64,000 nt of DNA from an uncultured bacterium (GTDB taxonomy: Bacteria; UBA8481): NCBI GenBank assembly GCA_964499705.1, contig CAZCME010000018.1, forward strand, positions 1 through 64,000. Reading direction: 5' to 3'. Positions 42,141 to 52,926 of the stretch are shown here, one piece after another. The notes under the pieces are model-generated. The model made no database searches. It was not told where the DNA came from and worked only from the letters and a program-made list of their open reading frames with translations. Numbering within the stretch: the first letter of the stretch is position 1; each line of letters begins with the position of its first letter. Both the position numbers and the translations under genes were made by a program.

Positions 42141-43713
42141 GATCGATCTCCGCAGCTACCTCGCGCCCGTGCCTCGGTCGCGGCTGCAGTCGATCGCGGA
42201 TGAGCTCGGCATGCCCGCGCAGAGGGAGCTCATACCGCGGATCGCCGCGACGCTCTCCGACGCGGTGAAGGTCGTGGGAATCCTGGAGGCTCTTCCGGCG
42301 GAAAGCCTCGAACTGCTGCGATCGGTCTGCTACGCCGGGCTCTACAATCTGAACATTCCCGACGACGAGCTCATCGCCAGGCCCGCGTTCCGCAAGCTCT
42401 ACGACCTCGGGCTCCTGGGCGTCGGCAAGGAATACTGGGGCACGGTCCGGATCGTGGTCCCGGAGGAAACCTCCATCATTCTCATCAATTTCTTCCGGAG
42501 CCGCGATCGCGACAGGCTTTCGGAGCTGGAAAACACGCCCGTCGATGCGGTCCGCTCCAACGCGGATTCGCTCGTCCGCAACATCACGACGCTCATCTCC
42601 ATCTCGGAGCTCCACGGGATCCCCCTGACGGCGCAGGGGGAAATCTCCAAGCCGTTTCTCGCCCGGAAGGTGCTTCCCTTCATGGAGACGGGCGCGTACG
42701 GCCCGACGGAGGACGGGCGGTATCCGCTCGACTTTCTGCACGCGTGGCGATTCTGCATGCGGTTCGATATTCTGAAGACGCAGAGCGGCGCGATCGTTTC
42801 CAGCAGCATGGCGGATTCCTTTCTCGAGGCCACCGACGAGGTGATCGGCGAAGCGCTGTTGACCTACGTCATGGAATCCCGCGACGCGCTCCCGATCGGG
42901 TGGTTCGTGGAAACGCTGAGGTCGCTCCCGCAGGCGAGATGGATCACGGTCTCGCGCATGCTCGAAGTCTGCAGCCCCGACAATCTCGGGAAGAAGGAAG
43001 CGGCGGAGTACACGCGCCTCTGGGAAGACGCGATTCTTCTCCTGGAGATGATGGGCATACTTGATACCGGCATGGCGGCGGACCGAAAGGTCATCTCGCT
43101 GGGGAGAATCTGGCGGCACGAACCCGAGCAGCAGCTGAGGACGAACGAGCTGATCCTGACGCCGGATTTCAAGATCTGCGCGCCCCGCAACCTGCAGCCT
43201 TCCATCCGCCGGATGATCTCCCGATTCGCGCTCTTCGTTAAATCGGACCTGATGGATCAGTGGGAGATCACGCAGGCGAGCGTCCTCCGGGCGATCGACG
43301 AGGGACTTGCCGCCGAGAAGATCATCACCGTCTTGAAGGATCATTCGACGTTCCCGCTTCCCAAGAACGTCACCGACAGTCTCCTCATCTGGCAGCAGAA
43401 TCACCAGGGCGTCGTGTATCATCACGGCCCCGTCCTGATTCTCGACAGCCCTTCCGACTCGAAGACCGTGCGCGATCTCCTGGAGAAATCCGGAGGCGTC
43501 CTCGCGAATCCCGCTCCGAATGTCTTCATCCTCCATCCGCACAAGGCGGATGACATTCTGCAGAAGATCAGGGCGCGCCGCACCGTCGGTCGGATCGCCG
43601 TGCCGCGCATCCGGAAATCGAGCGGTGACTTCTCCAGCGCTCTGACAGCCCGGATCGTCCGTTCCGTGTCCCAGTCGGACTCGCGAACGCACATCAACAT
43701 CATCTCGCTGTGA
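42133..43713 (+). CDS. XPB-associated protein with a C-terminal Helicase_C_3-like domain
   Basis: Overlaps the XPB stop. C-terminal LILTPDF...RFA......WEIT..SV.RA...G...E.I...L..HS..PLP.NV...L..W. Confidence 0.75.
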   Translation: MRKIDLRSYLAPVPRSRLQSIADELGMPAQRELIPRIAATLSDAVKVVGILEALPAESLELLRSVCYAGLYNLNIPDDELIARPAFRKLYDLGLLGVGKEYWGTVRIVVPEETSIILINFFRSRDRDRLSELENTPVDAVRSNADSLVRNITTLISISELHGIPLTAQGEISKPFLARKVLPFMETGAYGPTEDGRYPLDFLHAWRFCMRFDILKTQSGAIVSSSMADSFLEATDEVIGEALLTYVMESRDALPIGWFVETLRSLPQARWITVSRMLEVCSPDNLGKKEAAEYTRLWEDAILLLEMMGILDTGMAADRKVISLGRIWRHEPEQQLRTNELILTPDFKICAPRNLQPSIRRMISRFALFVKSDLMDQWEITQASVLRAIDEGLAAEKIITVLKDHSTFPLPKNVTDSLLIWQQNHQGVVYHHGPVLILDSPSDSKTVRDLLEKSGGVLANPAPNVFILHPHKADDILQKIRARRTVGRIAVPRIRKSSGDFSSALTARIVRSVSQSDSRTHINIISL

Positions 43714-43726
43714 CGACAAGCCGCCC

Positions 43727-45274
43727 GTGCTGACGGAGCTCGTTTCGGCCGAGGCGATGCGCCGGATCGACGCGTCGTGCGGCATCGCTCCGCTTTCCTT
43801 GATGGAAAATGCCGCGAAGGCGGCGGTCGCGGCCGTCGAGAAAATGCTGATCGGGCGAACGAAGCGACGCGTCCTTGTGGCGGCGGGTCGCGGTAACAAC
43901 GGTGGAGACGGATTCGCGCTGGCGCGTCTTATTTCCGGTACAACCCGCGTGCGCATCGTGACAACGGCTCAGGAAGCGGATTTGAAAGGCGAAGCTCTGG
44001 AGAATTTCCGACGGGCCCGCGAGAACGGGATCGAGTTTCTTTCCACCGATCGAGCGGGAGACGCCGTCAAGGAATCCGACCTTGTCGTCGATGCGCTCCT
44101 CGGAACCGGCGCGGCATCGCGCCCCCTGACCCCCGAGTTGTCCCGGCTCATCGAGAGCATGAACGGTGCTTCATCTCGGACGCATTGTATCCTTGCGCTT
44201 GATCTTCCGTCCGGCATCGATGCCGATACCGGTCGGATTCTCGCGGGAGAATCACGGCATGTGGTCCGCGCCGATGCCACCATCACATTCGGGCGCGCCA
44301 AACCCGGGCTGTATCTTTATCCCGGCGCGGCGATGGCGGGCGAAATCACCGTCGATCCGATCGGGATCCCGGATTCCTGCTTTGCGGACATGAAGGGCAG
44401 GCGACCGTCGGCGCGCGAGATCTCTCCCCTTCTTCCGCGCCGTAGCCCGATCGCGCACAAGGGATCGTCGAAACTTCTCGTCATCGGCGGCGCGGGCGGG
44501 ATGGCCGGTGCCGCGCTGCTGGCGGCGTATGCGGCACTGAAATCCGGCACCGGTTACGTCTTTCTCTCCATGCCGAAAGGCGCCGCCGATCACGGCTGGC
44601 CGGTGGAAGCGGTCCGCAAGCCGCTGCCGTCACGGGAACAGGCCGGCCTGGATGGAACCTACTTCGACAGAGCGGCCGACGCGGAATCGTTCAAGCTGGC
44701 GGAGTCGGTTCACGCCGTCGTCCTGGGCGGCGGACTCGGCCGCGGCGAGTCCGAGCGGATCATCTCCTCGCGCCTCACGCGGCTCATGAAGACCCCTGCC
44801 GTCATCGACGCCGACGCCATCCACCAGATCTCGATCCCCGATCTCTCCGAGGCCGGAGCATCCCGCGTCATCACGCCGCACATCGCCGAATTCGTCTCGC
44901 TCTTCGGAGGCCGCATCGACGACGTGGAGCGGGACCGGATCGCCGCGGCTCTTAAGGCCGCCGAGCGCGCCGCGCAGGTCGTCGTCCTGAAGGGTCGTCC
45001 CACGATCATCGCCGCGCCGGACGGGCGCTTCACCGTGAACGGCGCCGGCAACGAACTGCTGGCCACGTGTGGAAGCGGCGACGTACTTTCCGGCCTGATC
45101 GGATCACTTCTCGCTCAGGGGCTTCCATCCTACGACGCCGCCGTCTGCGGCGCGCATCTGCACGGGATGACCGCCGAGGAGTGGGGCCGCCCGGTCGGCC
45201 TGACGGCCACGAGCATCGCCGACCTCATCGCCGCCGCCTGGCTCCGCGTGCAATCTTCCACTCCCGGTATATAA
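43727..45274 (+). CDS. nnr: Bifunctional NAD(P)H-hydrate epimerase/dehydratase (YjeF)
   Basis: LMENA, GNNGGDG, DALLGTG, DLPSG, HKG, DADA, TPH..E, GSGDVLSG. Confidence 0.93.
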   Translation: MLTELVSAEAMRRIDASCGIAPLSLMENAAKAAVAAVEKMLIGRTKRRVLVAAGRGNNGGDGFALARLISGTTRVRIVTTAQEADLKGEALENFRRARENGIEFLSTDRAGDAVKESDLVVDALLGTGAASRPLTPELSRLIESMNGASSRTHCILALDLPSGIDADTGRILAGESRHVVRADATITFGRAKPGLYLYPGAAMAGEITVDPIGIPDSCFADMKGRRPSAREISPLLPRRSPIAHKGSSKLLVIGGAGGMAGAALLAAYAALKSGTGYVFLSMPKGAADHGWPVEAVRKPLPSREQAGLDGTYFDRAADAESFKLAESVHAVVLGGGLGRGESERIISSRLTRLMKTPAVIDADAIHQISIPDLSEAGASRVITPHIAEFVSLFGGRIDDVERDRIAAALKAAERAAQVVVLKGRPTIIAAPDGRFTVNGAGNELLATCGSGDVLSGLIGSLLAQGLPSYDAAVCGAHLHGMTAEEWGRPVGLTATSIADLIAAAWLRVQSSTPGI

Positions 45275-45294
45275 TTGCTCCGTCTCTACCAAAA

Positions 45295-45368
45295 GCGCCC
45301 GTAGCTCAGTTGGATAGAGCAGCAGCCTTCTAAGCTGTTGGTCGCAGGTTCGACTCCTGCCGGGCGCG
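45295..45368 (+). tRNA. tRNA-Arg (anticodon TCT); CCA not encoded
   Basis: Acceptor GCGCCCG/CGGGCGC, D-arm GCTCAGTTGGATAGAGC, anticodon loop CT-TCT-AA, T-loop GTTCGACTC. TATAAT lies upstream. Confidence 0.95.
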
Positions 45369-45516
45369 ACGAGCGAAGCGAGGAGCGACAGGCAGGAGTC
45401 GAAGGGCGCGCGCGCAGGATGCGCGAGGCCGACCGATAAGGGAGGCCGACTGGCGCGCCCCGCCTGACGAGGCGCGCACGAGGCGCGCCGAGGAATGGCG
45501 ACTCCTGCCGGGCGCG
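45349..45516. repeat. tRNA-associated mini-element: direct and inverted copies of the tRNA 3' end
   Basis: CGACTCCTGCCGGGCGCG at 45351-45368 and 45499-45516; inverted GGCAGGAGTCGAA at 45391-45403. Confidence 0.8.
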
Positions 45517-45596
45517 GACGGCCAAACGTATGAAATGTGCAGTGCTTCATTGGATGCGGCTCTACTTTTCGGGAAACAGAGCACAGAGAACATTGT

Positions 45597-45668
45597 TCAT
45601 CAGTCATCGTTCATTCGCCAACGTTCATTGAGTTATTTGGAAAATGGCGAATGAACAACGGCTGATGA
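45597..45668. repeat. Imperfect 24-bp inverted repeat built from GTTCAT-type units
   Basis: TCATCAGTCATCGTTCATTCGCCA / TGGCGAATGAACAACGGCTGATGA. Confidence 0.7.
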
Positions 45669-45759
45669 CGAATATCATTTCTACATGCTGATTTCCGCGG
45701 ATACCCTCTGCGACAACCTTCATATTTCATCCTTCATCCTTCTCGTATATCCTCCCCCC

Positions 45760-46500
45760 ATGATCACCCTCTCTACATCAGCTCCTTTCCTGGGCCACAT
45801 GCGCGTCGAGGTGACGCTTCCACCCGGATTCCGCGACCGGCGGACGCCGTTGCCGTTTTTAATCCTCTGCGATGCGCAGAACCAGGGGACGAATCGCGGA
45901 GCCTATGGCGGTTGGCATACGGATTCGATCGCGCTTTCGCTGATGCGCAGCCGGAAGCTGCGTTCGATCGTTCTGGTAGGATTGACTTCTCCGAGCAATC
46001 GCGACCGCGCCTATGCTCCGCCGCCCTGGGGGCGCGCCGGCCTGCTGGCGGATCATATCGCGAACTCCGTGATCCCGATGTTGCGTCCACGGTTCAAGCT
46101 GACGACCGATCGAAATCATATCGGAATCATCGGCGCCTCCTTCGCGTCCAACTTCGCCATCGAAGCCGGGCTCTTCAGGCCCGATACGTTCGGACTCTGC
46201 GGCGCCTTTTCCGCGGCGCCGCACGCGGGCGAGAGCCTGCATGCGATGGTCGCCAAGCGCCAGCCTCTCCCCTTCCACAGGCTATACATCGATTCGGGCA
46301 CTCTCTGGGCATACGACAACCCGCACGGCTTCGGCGGAGACAGCACGGTTTTCAACAGGCGGCTGATCGAGCTCGCAAAGTCCCGTATGCCGCGGGGGCA
46401 CTTCTGGGGTAGAATCTGCGCGGGGCATTATCACAACGAGGAATTCTGGCGCAAGCGAATCGGCCCCGCTCTTCAGTTTCTCTTTCGCCCGAATCCGTAG
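45760..46500 (+). CDS. Alpha/beta-hydrolase, putative esterase family
   Basis: V.LPPG, P.LIL.DAQN, nucleophile elbow IIGASFA, LYIDSG, HNE..W..R...AL.FLF. Confidence 0.75.
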   Translation: MITLSTSAPFLGHMRVEVTLPPGFRDRRTPLPFLILCDAQNQGTNRGAYGGWHTDSIALSLMRSRKLRSIVLVGLTSPSNRDRAYAPPPWGRAGLLADHIANSVIPMLRPRFKLTTDRNHIGIIGASFASNFAIEAGLFRPDTFGLCGAFSAAPHAGESLHAMVAKRQPLPFHRLYIDSGTLWAYDNPHGFGGDSTVFNRRLIELAKSRMPRGHFWGRICAGHYHNEEFWRKRIGPALQFLFRPNP

Positions 46501-46522
46501 CAGTCCCACAGGAGGTTTCACC

Positions 46523-47299
46523 ATGCGCACTCTCGCCATCGTCACTTTCGCGGTCATCGCGATCGCTCTGCCGTCCGCCGCTCTTCCCGAGCTGGGTTTC
46601 GAGGGAGGAATCGCGTTCGACGCCGCTCCGAAAGGAGACCGAGGATCGATGAAATATCTCGGTCCGCAGCAACCCGTCTTCGTGACCGGGTCCATCTCCA
46701 ACAAGGGCAACGCGCGCGCGACAAGCATCCTGGTGGAGCTCATCATCAATAATCGCATCATAGGAAGAGCGCTTCTCGGAGAACTGAAGGCGGGCGGCTC
46801 GGGTTCCTACAGCATCAAGTGGATTCCTGAAACGGCGGACACGTACCATATCACGGTCAAGATCGATCCGTCCGGCAGCGTCCGCGAGGAGGACAGGACG
46901 AACAACATGCTGCAGGAGCAGATCACAATCCGCTATAACGTTCCGACCGCGGAGATGACCGGAGATAATATCCCCCGGCCCGACCTGCAGTTGCCTTCCT
47001 TCAGCGTATCGCCGAATCCCATCGTGGCACGGCTCTCCAGCATCGCGTGCGATGTCCATAATTCCGGCGACGCCGTCGCGGAAAATGTCGACGTCACGAT
47101 CATGATGGATGGAGCGCGATTCGCGACGAAGACGATCGGGCCGATTCCGCCCGAATCCTCCCTCTCTGTCACCTTCTCTTGGACGCCCCACAAGCGGGGA
47201 AACGTGAAGATCCAGGCTCAGGCCGACATGGAAAACAAGATCATGGAATCCGACGAGAGCAATAACTCCGCGGAGAAAACCATGGAAGCGAAGAGGTAG
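46523..47299 (+). CDS. Exported protein with two CARDB (Ig-like) domains
   Basis: Signal peptide; N.G...IDP...V.E.DRTNN and PDL...N.G...AD..N.I.ESDESNN. AGGAGG RBS. Confidence 0.85.
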   Translation: MRTLAIVTFAVIAIALPSAALPELGFEGGIAFDAAPKGDRGSMKYLGPQQPVFVTGSISNKGNARATSILVELIINNRIIGRALLGELKAGGSGSYSIKWIPETADTYHITVKIDPSGSVREEDRTNNMLQEQITIRYNVPTAEMTGDNIPRPDLQLPSFSVSPNPIVARLSSIACDVHNSGDAVAENVDVTIMMDGARFATKTIGPIPPESSLSVTFSWTPHKRGNVKIQAQADMENKIMESDESNNSAEKTMEAKR

Positions 47300-47303
47300 G
47301 AGA

Positions 47304-47330
47304 AATAAAAGGGGTCAGACCCCTTTTATT
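47304..47330. terminator. Perfect palindrome AATAAAAGGGGTC-A-GACCCCTTTTATT; probable bidirectional terminator / REP-like site
   Basis: 13-bp arms with A/T tails between convergent genes. Confidence 0.7.
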
Positions 47331-48232
47331 CAGCCCAGCATCTCCCGGGCGCGCGCCACGTCCGCCGCGATGGCGGCTTGAAGGTCGCCGATTGACGCGA
47401 AGGTCTCCACGTTGCGCAGCTTCTCGACAAAGGTGATCTCGATTTCATCCGTGTCGGCCGGCGAGGGATTTCCTTCCAGCACGTGCACTTCGAACCTTCG
47501 CTCCTTGCTGCCCAGCGTCGGCCGCGGGCCGACGTGGCAGACGGCGGGACCGAAGGGCGACCGGACGGCGTAGACTCCGTCGGGCAGCGCCTCGGGCACA
47601 GGATAGAGATTCAGGGTCGGGCTTCCCATCGTCCGACCGATGCCATCGCCGGACCGGGGGGTCGCCAGGACCGAAAATTCCCGGCCGGTCATCCGGGCAG
47701 CCGCCGCCAGATCGGCGGTCGAGAGCAGATTCCGGATGCGGGTGGCGCTGGCCAATTCCCCTTCCAATGCCATGGGATCCACGACCACCACGTCTTCCCT
47801 GCCGTGCTGCCGCAGCATCTCGACGGTTCCGGTTCGGCCGCGGCCGAAGTGGAAATTCGGTCCGATGACGACCTTGCCGGTCGAGATGCGGGAAAAGAGA
47901 CGATCGAGAAATTCGCGCGGATCGAGAGAGAGCAAGCCCCGGTTCATTTCGAGGAGCACGATGACGGTGACGCCCCACTCCGAGAGAATCCGGTTTTTCA
48001 ATCGCGGATGAAGAATACGAACAGGACCATGCCCCGCCAGGAGAACTCTCGGGTGTTCCGTGAATGTCACGAGCGCGGCTCCGCTGCCGCGGCTTTCACG
48101 AACCAGGGTCTCGATGAGCGAGCGATGGCCGAGATGGAGCCCGTCGAAGACACCGATGGTCAATGCTCCTACTTCGATGAGCGGGTCCGCCGCCATCGGC
48201 TCCGCGGCAAGATCCAGGGTGATCGACTTCAC
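47330..48232 (-). CDS. ribF: Riboflavin kinase / FAD synthetase
   Basis: IGVFDG.HLGH, TF..HP, F.FG..R.G, S.T.IR, G.G.GR..G.PT.N, GVY, G.RPT, EVH. Confidence 0.93.
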   Translation of the reverse strand: MKSITLDLAAEPMAADPLIEVGALTIGVFDGLHLGHRSLIETLVRESRGSGAALVTFTEHPRVLLAGHGPVRILHPRLKNRILSEWGVTVIVLLEMNRGLLSLDPREFLDRLFSRISTGKVVIGPNFHFGRGRTGTVEMLRQHGREDVVVVDPMALEGELASATRIRNLLSTADLAAAARMTGREFSVLATPRSGDGIGRTMGSPTLNLYPVPEALPDGVYAVRSPFGPAVCHVGPRPTLGSKERRFEVHVLEGNPSPADTDEIEITFVEKLRNVETFASIGDLQAAIAADVARAREMLG

Positions 48233-49128
48233 AACGGCTGGAGTATTTTCCGGTCCATCAGCGTTCCGCCGATCCCGATTTTCGCGACGGCGATGAGATT
48301 TCCTTCCTCGTCGAGAACACCCGTCAGGAGCCCGGCCGGCTCAACAGGTCTTGTCTTGAAATCCGTGGCGCGGATCGGAATTCCGCGCCGCAGGTTCAAG
48401 GCTCCCCGCGCGTTCAACTCGAACACCGGCTGGCCCTCGAAGATCTTCGCTCCGTTCACCAGCCGCTCCCGCCAGTTCTCAAGTGTCAACTCCGCCAGGT
48501 TGACAGTCGGCTCAAAGGAGCCTATGCCCAGACGCCGGAGCGCCTTGACATGCGCGCCCACGCCCAGCATATGTCCCATGTCATGCGCGAGCGTGCGGAG
48601 ATAGGTCCCCTTGCCGCAACGCACGTAGACGGTGACTTCCGGGTTGGAAAACAATTCCAGGCGGAGCTCATGGATGATCGCCTCCCGCTCCGGCAGATCC
48701 TCCAGCTTCCCCTGCCGCGCCAGGTCATAGGCGCGTTTTCCCGCGATCTTCACCGCCGAATACGCGGGCGGCTTCTGCATGATGTTCCCCATGAACTTCG
48801 GCAGGATCGCCGCCACATTTTCTTCCGTGATACCGGATGCGTCCTTCTCGGCGACGACGGCGCCCATCGCATCATAGGTGTCGGTCTGAATGCCGAAACG
48901 GATGACGGCCCGGTAGATCTTCGGGAGCTGCATGACATGATCCGACAGGCGCGTCGCGCCGCCGATCAATATCACAAGGAGCCCCGTCGCGTCGGGATCG
49001 AGCGTGCCCGCGTGGCCGATCTTGTTCTTCTTCCCGATCAGCCGCGAAATCGAGCGGACGATATCCGCCGATGTCGGACCGCGCTGCTTGTCGATGAGCA
49101 GCAGCCCGCCCGGTTCCGAGACACTCAT
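48229..49128 (-). CDS. truB: tRNA pseudouridine(55) synthase
   Basis: IDK..G.TS, GHAGTLDP.ATG.L, Q.PP.YSAVK..G, C.KGTY.R.L..D.G. ATGA overlap with the DHH gene. Confidence 0.95.
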   Translation of the reverse strand: MSVSEPGGLLLIDKQRGPTSADIVRSISRLIGKKNKIGHAGTLDPDATGLLVILIGGATRLSDHVMQLPKIYRAVIRFGIQTDTYDAMGAVVAEKDASGITEENVAAILPKFMGNIMQKPPAYSAVKIAGKRAYDLARQGKLEDLPEREAIIHELRLELFSNPEVTVYVRCGKGTYLRTLAHDMGHMLGVGAHVKALRRLGIGSFEPTVNLAELTLENWRERLVNGAKIFEGQPVFELNARGALNLRRGIPIRATDFKTRPVEPAGLLTGVLDEEGNLIAVAKIGIGGTLMDRKILQPL

Positions 49129-50078
49129 CGTCCCGCCCTCAGGATCGTCATGACCTTCTCGTGGATCTCCTTCACACTGCCGCGGACCGTGCATCCCGCC
49201 GCAGCGCGGTGTCCTCCGCCGCCGAACGTTTCCGCGACGCGCGCCACATCCGTCCCGTCCTTGGATCGCATATTCACTTTGACCATCCCGTCTTTCTGCT
49301 CGCGATACAAGACCGCCACACGCACGCCCGTCACCGACCTCAGGATCCCGATGACACCTTCCGTATCGGCATCGGTCGCGCCGAGTTCCTCATAATCCGC
49401 GCGCAATAACGTCGACCAGCAGATGCCGTCCTCCACGACGGCGCGCGACGCCGCGCGGCCGCCGAGGCGGATCGAAGCGAGCCGTTTCTCCTCGAGAATC
49501 TTCATTGCTATGGAATACGGTTTCACGCCGGCGGTCATGAGTTTCGCGGCGACTTCATGCGCCCGCGCGTCCGTGTTCGTCTGCTGAAAGGACATGGTGT
49601 CGGTGAAGATCCCGAGATACAGCGCCGTCGCCAGCCGTTCCGTCAGCTCCACATGAAGCGCATCCATAAGCTCCGCGATCATGACGGTCACCGACGCGGC
49701 CGTGGAATCGATCCAGCTCACCTTGGAACAGCCGCCGTCCCCCTGGTGATGGTCGATGACGACGACCGGCATGGAGGCGAAGCGTGGCCATACCCGGCCC
49801 ACCCGCTCCGGCGCCGATGTGTCGATCACGATTCCGAGATCGAAAATATCGCTCTCGCCCACCGGCTCCGACAACGCCTCGATCCCGGGCATGAAGCTCA
49901 GCCACTCCGGCACAGGGCCGGCATTCACATAGCGCACGGTCTTGCCGGCCAGGCGCCCGGCTTCCGCAAGCGCCAGGGCTCCGCCCGCGGAATCGCCGTC
50001 GATGCCGACATGGGACGTGACGAGAATTCGATTCGCCGCGGTGAAAGCATCCGCGATCTTCCCCAGATCGGCGTTCAC
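49125..50078 (-). CDS. nrnA: DHH/DHHA1 phosphoesterase (NrnA-like)
   Basis: H...DGD, IDHH, DT..F, RS, GGGGH..AAG; canonical rbfA-DHH-truB position. Confidence 0.9.
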   Translation of the reverse strand: MNADLGKIADAFTAANRILVTSHVGIDGDSAGGALALAEAGRLAGKTVRYVNAGPVPEWLSFMPGIEALSEPVGESDIFDLGIVIDTSAPERVGRVWPRFASMPVVVIDHHQGDGGCSKVSWIDSTAASVTVMIAELMDALHVELTERLATALYLGIFTDTMSFQQTNTDARAHEVAAKLMTAGVKPYSIAMKILEEKRLASIRLGGRAASRAVVEDGICWSTLLRADYEELGATDADTEGVIGILRSVTGVRVAVLYREQKDGMVKVNMRSKDGTDVARVAETFGGGGHRAAAGCTVRGSVKEIHEKVMTILRAGR

Positions 50079-50091
50079 AGAGTCACGACTC

Positions 50092-50451
50092 TTAATCGAG
50101 ATCTCCTTCGACGCGCGCGCCGGGCTTCAGGAGCGCGCTGATCCGCGCGGCGCGTTCCACGGTCTCGTCGAGCTTGAACACAAGAGCCGGCACGATGCGG
50201 AGCTCAAGCCGCGGCATGATCGCGCGGCGAACGAATGCCGCCGCCTTGTTGAGGGCTTCGACGGAGGCTTTTCTCTCCTCTTCGTTTCCCATCTGACTGA
50301 TGTAGACGGTGCAGTTCTTGAGATCGGGCGCGGTGTCGACGGTAAGCACCGTGACGAATCCGATCGCGGGATCCCGCAGATCGTTCTGAATCACGGCGGC
50401 GACTTCCTCCAGGATCAACTGGTTGACCCGCTCCATGCGCCACCCGGCCAT
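50092..50451 (-). CDS. rbfA: Ribosome-binding factor A
   Basis: R.ERV...I, LRDP...VT......PDL, LR..P.L.F..D. Confidence 0.93.
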   Translation of the reverse strand: MAGWRMERVNQLILEEVAAVIQNDLRDPAIGFVTVLTVDTAPDLKNCTVYISQMGNEEERKASVEALNKAAAFVRRAIMPRLELRIVPALVFKLDETVERAARISALLKPGARVEGDLD

Positions 50452-50735
50452 CAGATCACCTCCACGGAGTAATCGTCGATCCGCACGTCGAAATTTTCCG
50501 CGGCGGTCGCGATGGAAGACAACTGGCGCTCGATGTGGGAGGTATCCGAACCGACGACGGCGGCCGCGACCATCGCGCGATCGTGAATGTCGTTCAGACC
50601 GATCTCCGCCGTGGACACGTGGAATCGCCGGCGCACGCTCTCCACGAGCGGCCGCAGGCGGGCGCGTTTGGCCTTAAGCGACGTGGCTCCGGGCAACGAC
50701 AATTCGAACGTGATGATTCCGACGCGGGCTCTCAT
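50451..50735 (-). CDS. DUF503 (YlxP) family protein
   Basis: SLK.KR..L......RRF.VS.AE....D; lies between infB and rbfA. Confidence 0.9.
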   Translation of the reverse strand: MRARVGIITFELSLPGATSLKAKRARLRPLVESVRRRFHVSTAEIGLNDIHDRAMVAAAVVGSDTSHIERQLSSIATAAENFDVRIDDYSVEVI

Positions 50736-50752
50736 GATTCACCGGCGCCGCC

Positions 50753-52909
50753 TCACAGCGTCGCCATCTCCTCCTGCGTCGTGTAGGCCTCGATCACATC
50801 GCCGACTTTGACGTCGTTGAAATTCTCGATTCCGATTCCGCATTCGAAGTTGACGCCGACTTCGCGGACGTCGTCCTTGAATCTCTTCAGGCTGGCGATC
50901 TTGCCGGTATAGATGATCTTGCCGTCCCGGACGAGCCGGACTCCGGCGTTCCGCTTGATCTGCCCATCGCGGATATAGCTGCCCGCGATCATGCCGATCT
51001 TGGAGATGCGGAACGTGTTCCGGACCTCCGCGTGCCCGATGACCAGTTCCGTCACCTTCGGAGCGAGGAGCCCCTGGAGCGCCAGCTTGATGTCGTCGAC
51101 CAGCTTGTAGATGATATCGTAGGAACGAATCTCCACGCCCAGCCTCCGCGCGAGATCTTCGGCGGAACCGATGGAGCGGACGTTGAAGGCGATGATGAGC
51201 GCGTTCGACGCCGCCGCAAGATTGACGTCGGTGTCGTTGATGGCTCCGACGCCCGCGTGCAGCAGGCGGAGCCGGACGCGCACGTCCGTGATCCGTTCCA
51301 CGACGTCCCGGATCGCCTCGACGGACCCTTGAGCATCCGCCTTGAAGACGATGGCAAGTTCCTTCGCCTCCTCGTCGCCCGCCCGGTTCAAATCGTCGAG
51401 ACTGACGCGCACGCTCTTCTGCTGGATATCGGCCCTCCTCAACTGGGCCCGCTCCGTCGCGATGGCGCGCGCTTCCTTCTCGTCCTCGGTCTCCTGGAGA
51501 ATATCTCCGACCGCAGGCACATCGTTGCATCCGAGAACGACGGCCGGCGTGGAAGGGCCTGCGTCGGTGAGGCGCGAGCCGTCCGACGCAAAGAGAGCGC
51601 GAACTTTGCCGCTTGCGGTTCCGCAGACGAAGGTGTCTCCGACGGACAGCGTTCCCGTCCGGACAAGAACCGTCGCGACGGGTCCCTTGGCCTTGTCGAG
51701 ATTGGCCTCGATCACGACGCCGCGAGCGGGCGCGTCAGCCGGAGCTTTCAGCTCCATGATTTCCGCCTGCAGGAGAATCATCTCCAGGAGCTTGTCGACG
51801 TTGGTTCCGGCCTTGGCGGAAACGGGCACCGTGATGGTGGTGCCGCCCCAATCCTCCGAAGAGAGATTGCGTTCGGAGAGCTGCTGCTTCACCTTGTCGA
51901 TATTGGCGGCGGGGAGATCGCACTTGTTGATCGCGACGATGATCGCGACGTTGGCGGCCTGCGCGTGATGGATCGCCTCCTCCGTCTGCGGCATGATGCC
52001 GTCATCGGCGGCCACGACGAGAACGACGATGTCCGTGACGCTCGCGCCCCGGGCCCGCATCGCGGTGAACGCCTCGTGACCGGGCGTATCGATGAACGTG
52101 ATCCGCCCGCCCGGCGTCTCCACGGTGTAGGCGCCGATGTGCTGCGTGATTCCTCCGGCTTCGCCCGCGACGACATTGGCCTTGCGGATATAGTCGAGGA
52201 GCTTCGTCTTGCCATGATCGACGTGGCCCATGATGGTCACAATGGGCGGGCGCGGTTGCGCCTCGCCGGAAGCGGACGTCGCCGCCTCCTTCAGTTCCGA
52301 TGCTTTGTAAAGCTCCTCCGACTTCGACTTGAATCCGAACTCCGTCGCCGCGAGTTCCGCGACATCCAGGGCGATCCTCTGGTTGATGGACGCCATGACG
52401 CCCATCTTCAGAAGCGTCTTGATGACGTTCGGCGCCGGAAGCGACATCTTGTCGGCGAGTTCCTTCACGGTGATGCCCTCGCGAAGAAGGATGACCGGCT
52501 TTTCCGCGGGCCTCTCTTCCGCGGGCGTCGTCGCGGACTCCGTCACCGAAGCCGGTTCCGGGATGGCGGGACGACCCCTGCGCCGCTGATTAAAGCGGCT
52601 GCCCCGGCGGGGCTGATGGGCGGGCGCGGGAGCCGCCTGAGGAGCGCCGGGACGCGGCGCGCCGGACGCTTGCGTCGGGGACGCTGGCTGAGACGCGACC
52701 GGCTGCGGCGCGGGCGCCGGAGCGACAGGCGCGGGCTCGACCTTCTTCATCTCGAACGCATCGGGCTTGAAGAGCTTGATGACCGCCTTCACTTCATCAG
52801 GAGACAGCGACGAGGCATGGCTCTTCACGACGATGCCCAGCTCCGGGAGCTTGTCGAGAACCTCCTTGTTCGAGACGTTCAATTGCTTCGATAATTCATA
52901 TATCCGCAC
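50753..52909 (-). CDS. infB: Translation initiation factor IF-2
   Basis: [56 protein letters not shown]. Confidence 0.98.
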   Translation of the reverse strand: MRIYELSKQLNVSNKEVLDKLPELGIVVKSHASSLSPDEVKAVIKLFKPDAFEMKKVEPAPVAPAPAPQPVASQPASPTQASGAPRPGAPQAAPAPAHQPRRGSRFNQRRRGRPAIPEPASVTESATTPAEERPAEKPVILLREGITVKELADKMSLPAPNVIKTLLKMGVMASINQRIALDVAELAATEFGFKSKSEELYKASELKEAATSASGEAQPRPPIVTIMGHVDHGKTKLLDYIRKANVVAGEAGGITQHIGAYTVETPGGRITFIDTPGHEAFTAMRARGASVTDIVVLVVAADDGIMPQTEEAIHHAQAANVAIIVAINKCDLPAANIDKVKQQLSERNLSSEDWGGTTITVPVSAKAGTNVDKLLEMILLQAEIMELKAPADAPARGVVIEANLDKAKGPVATVLVRTGTLSVGDTFVCGTASGKVRALFASDGSRLTDAGPSTPAVVLGCNDVPAVGDILQETEDEKEARAIATERAQLRRADIQQKSVRVSLDDLNRAGDEEAKELAIVFKADAQGSVEAIRDVVERITDVRVRLRLLHAGVGAINDTDVNLAAASNALIIAFNVRSIGSAEDLARRLGVEIRSYDIIYKLVDDIKLALQGLLAPKVTELVIGHAEVRNTFRISKIGMIAGSYIRDGQIKRNAGVRLVRDGKIIYTGKIASLKRFKDDVREVGVNFECGIGIENFNDVKVGDVIEAYTTQEEMATL

Positions 52910-52926
52910 TCTATATCACCACCTTT

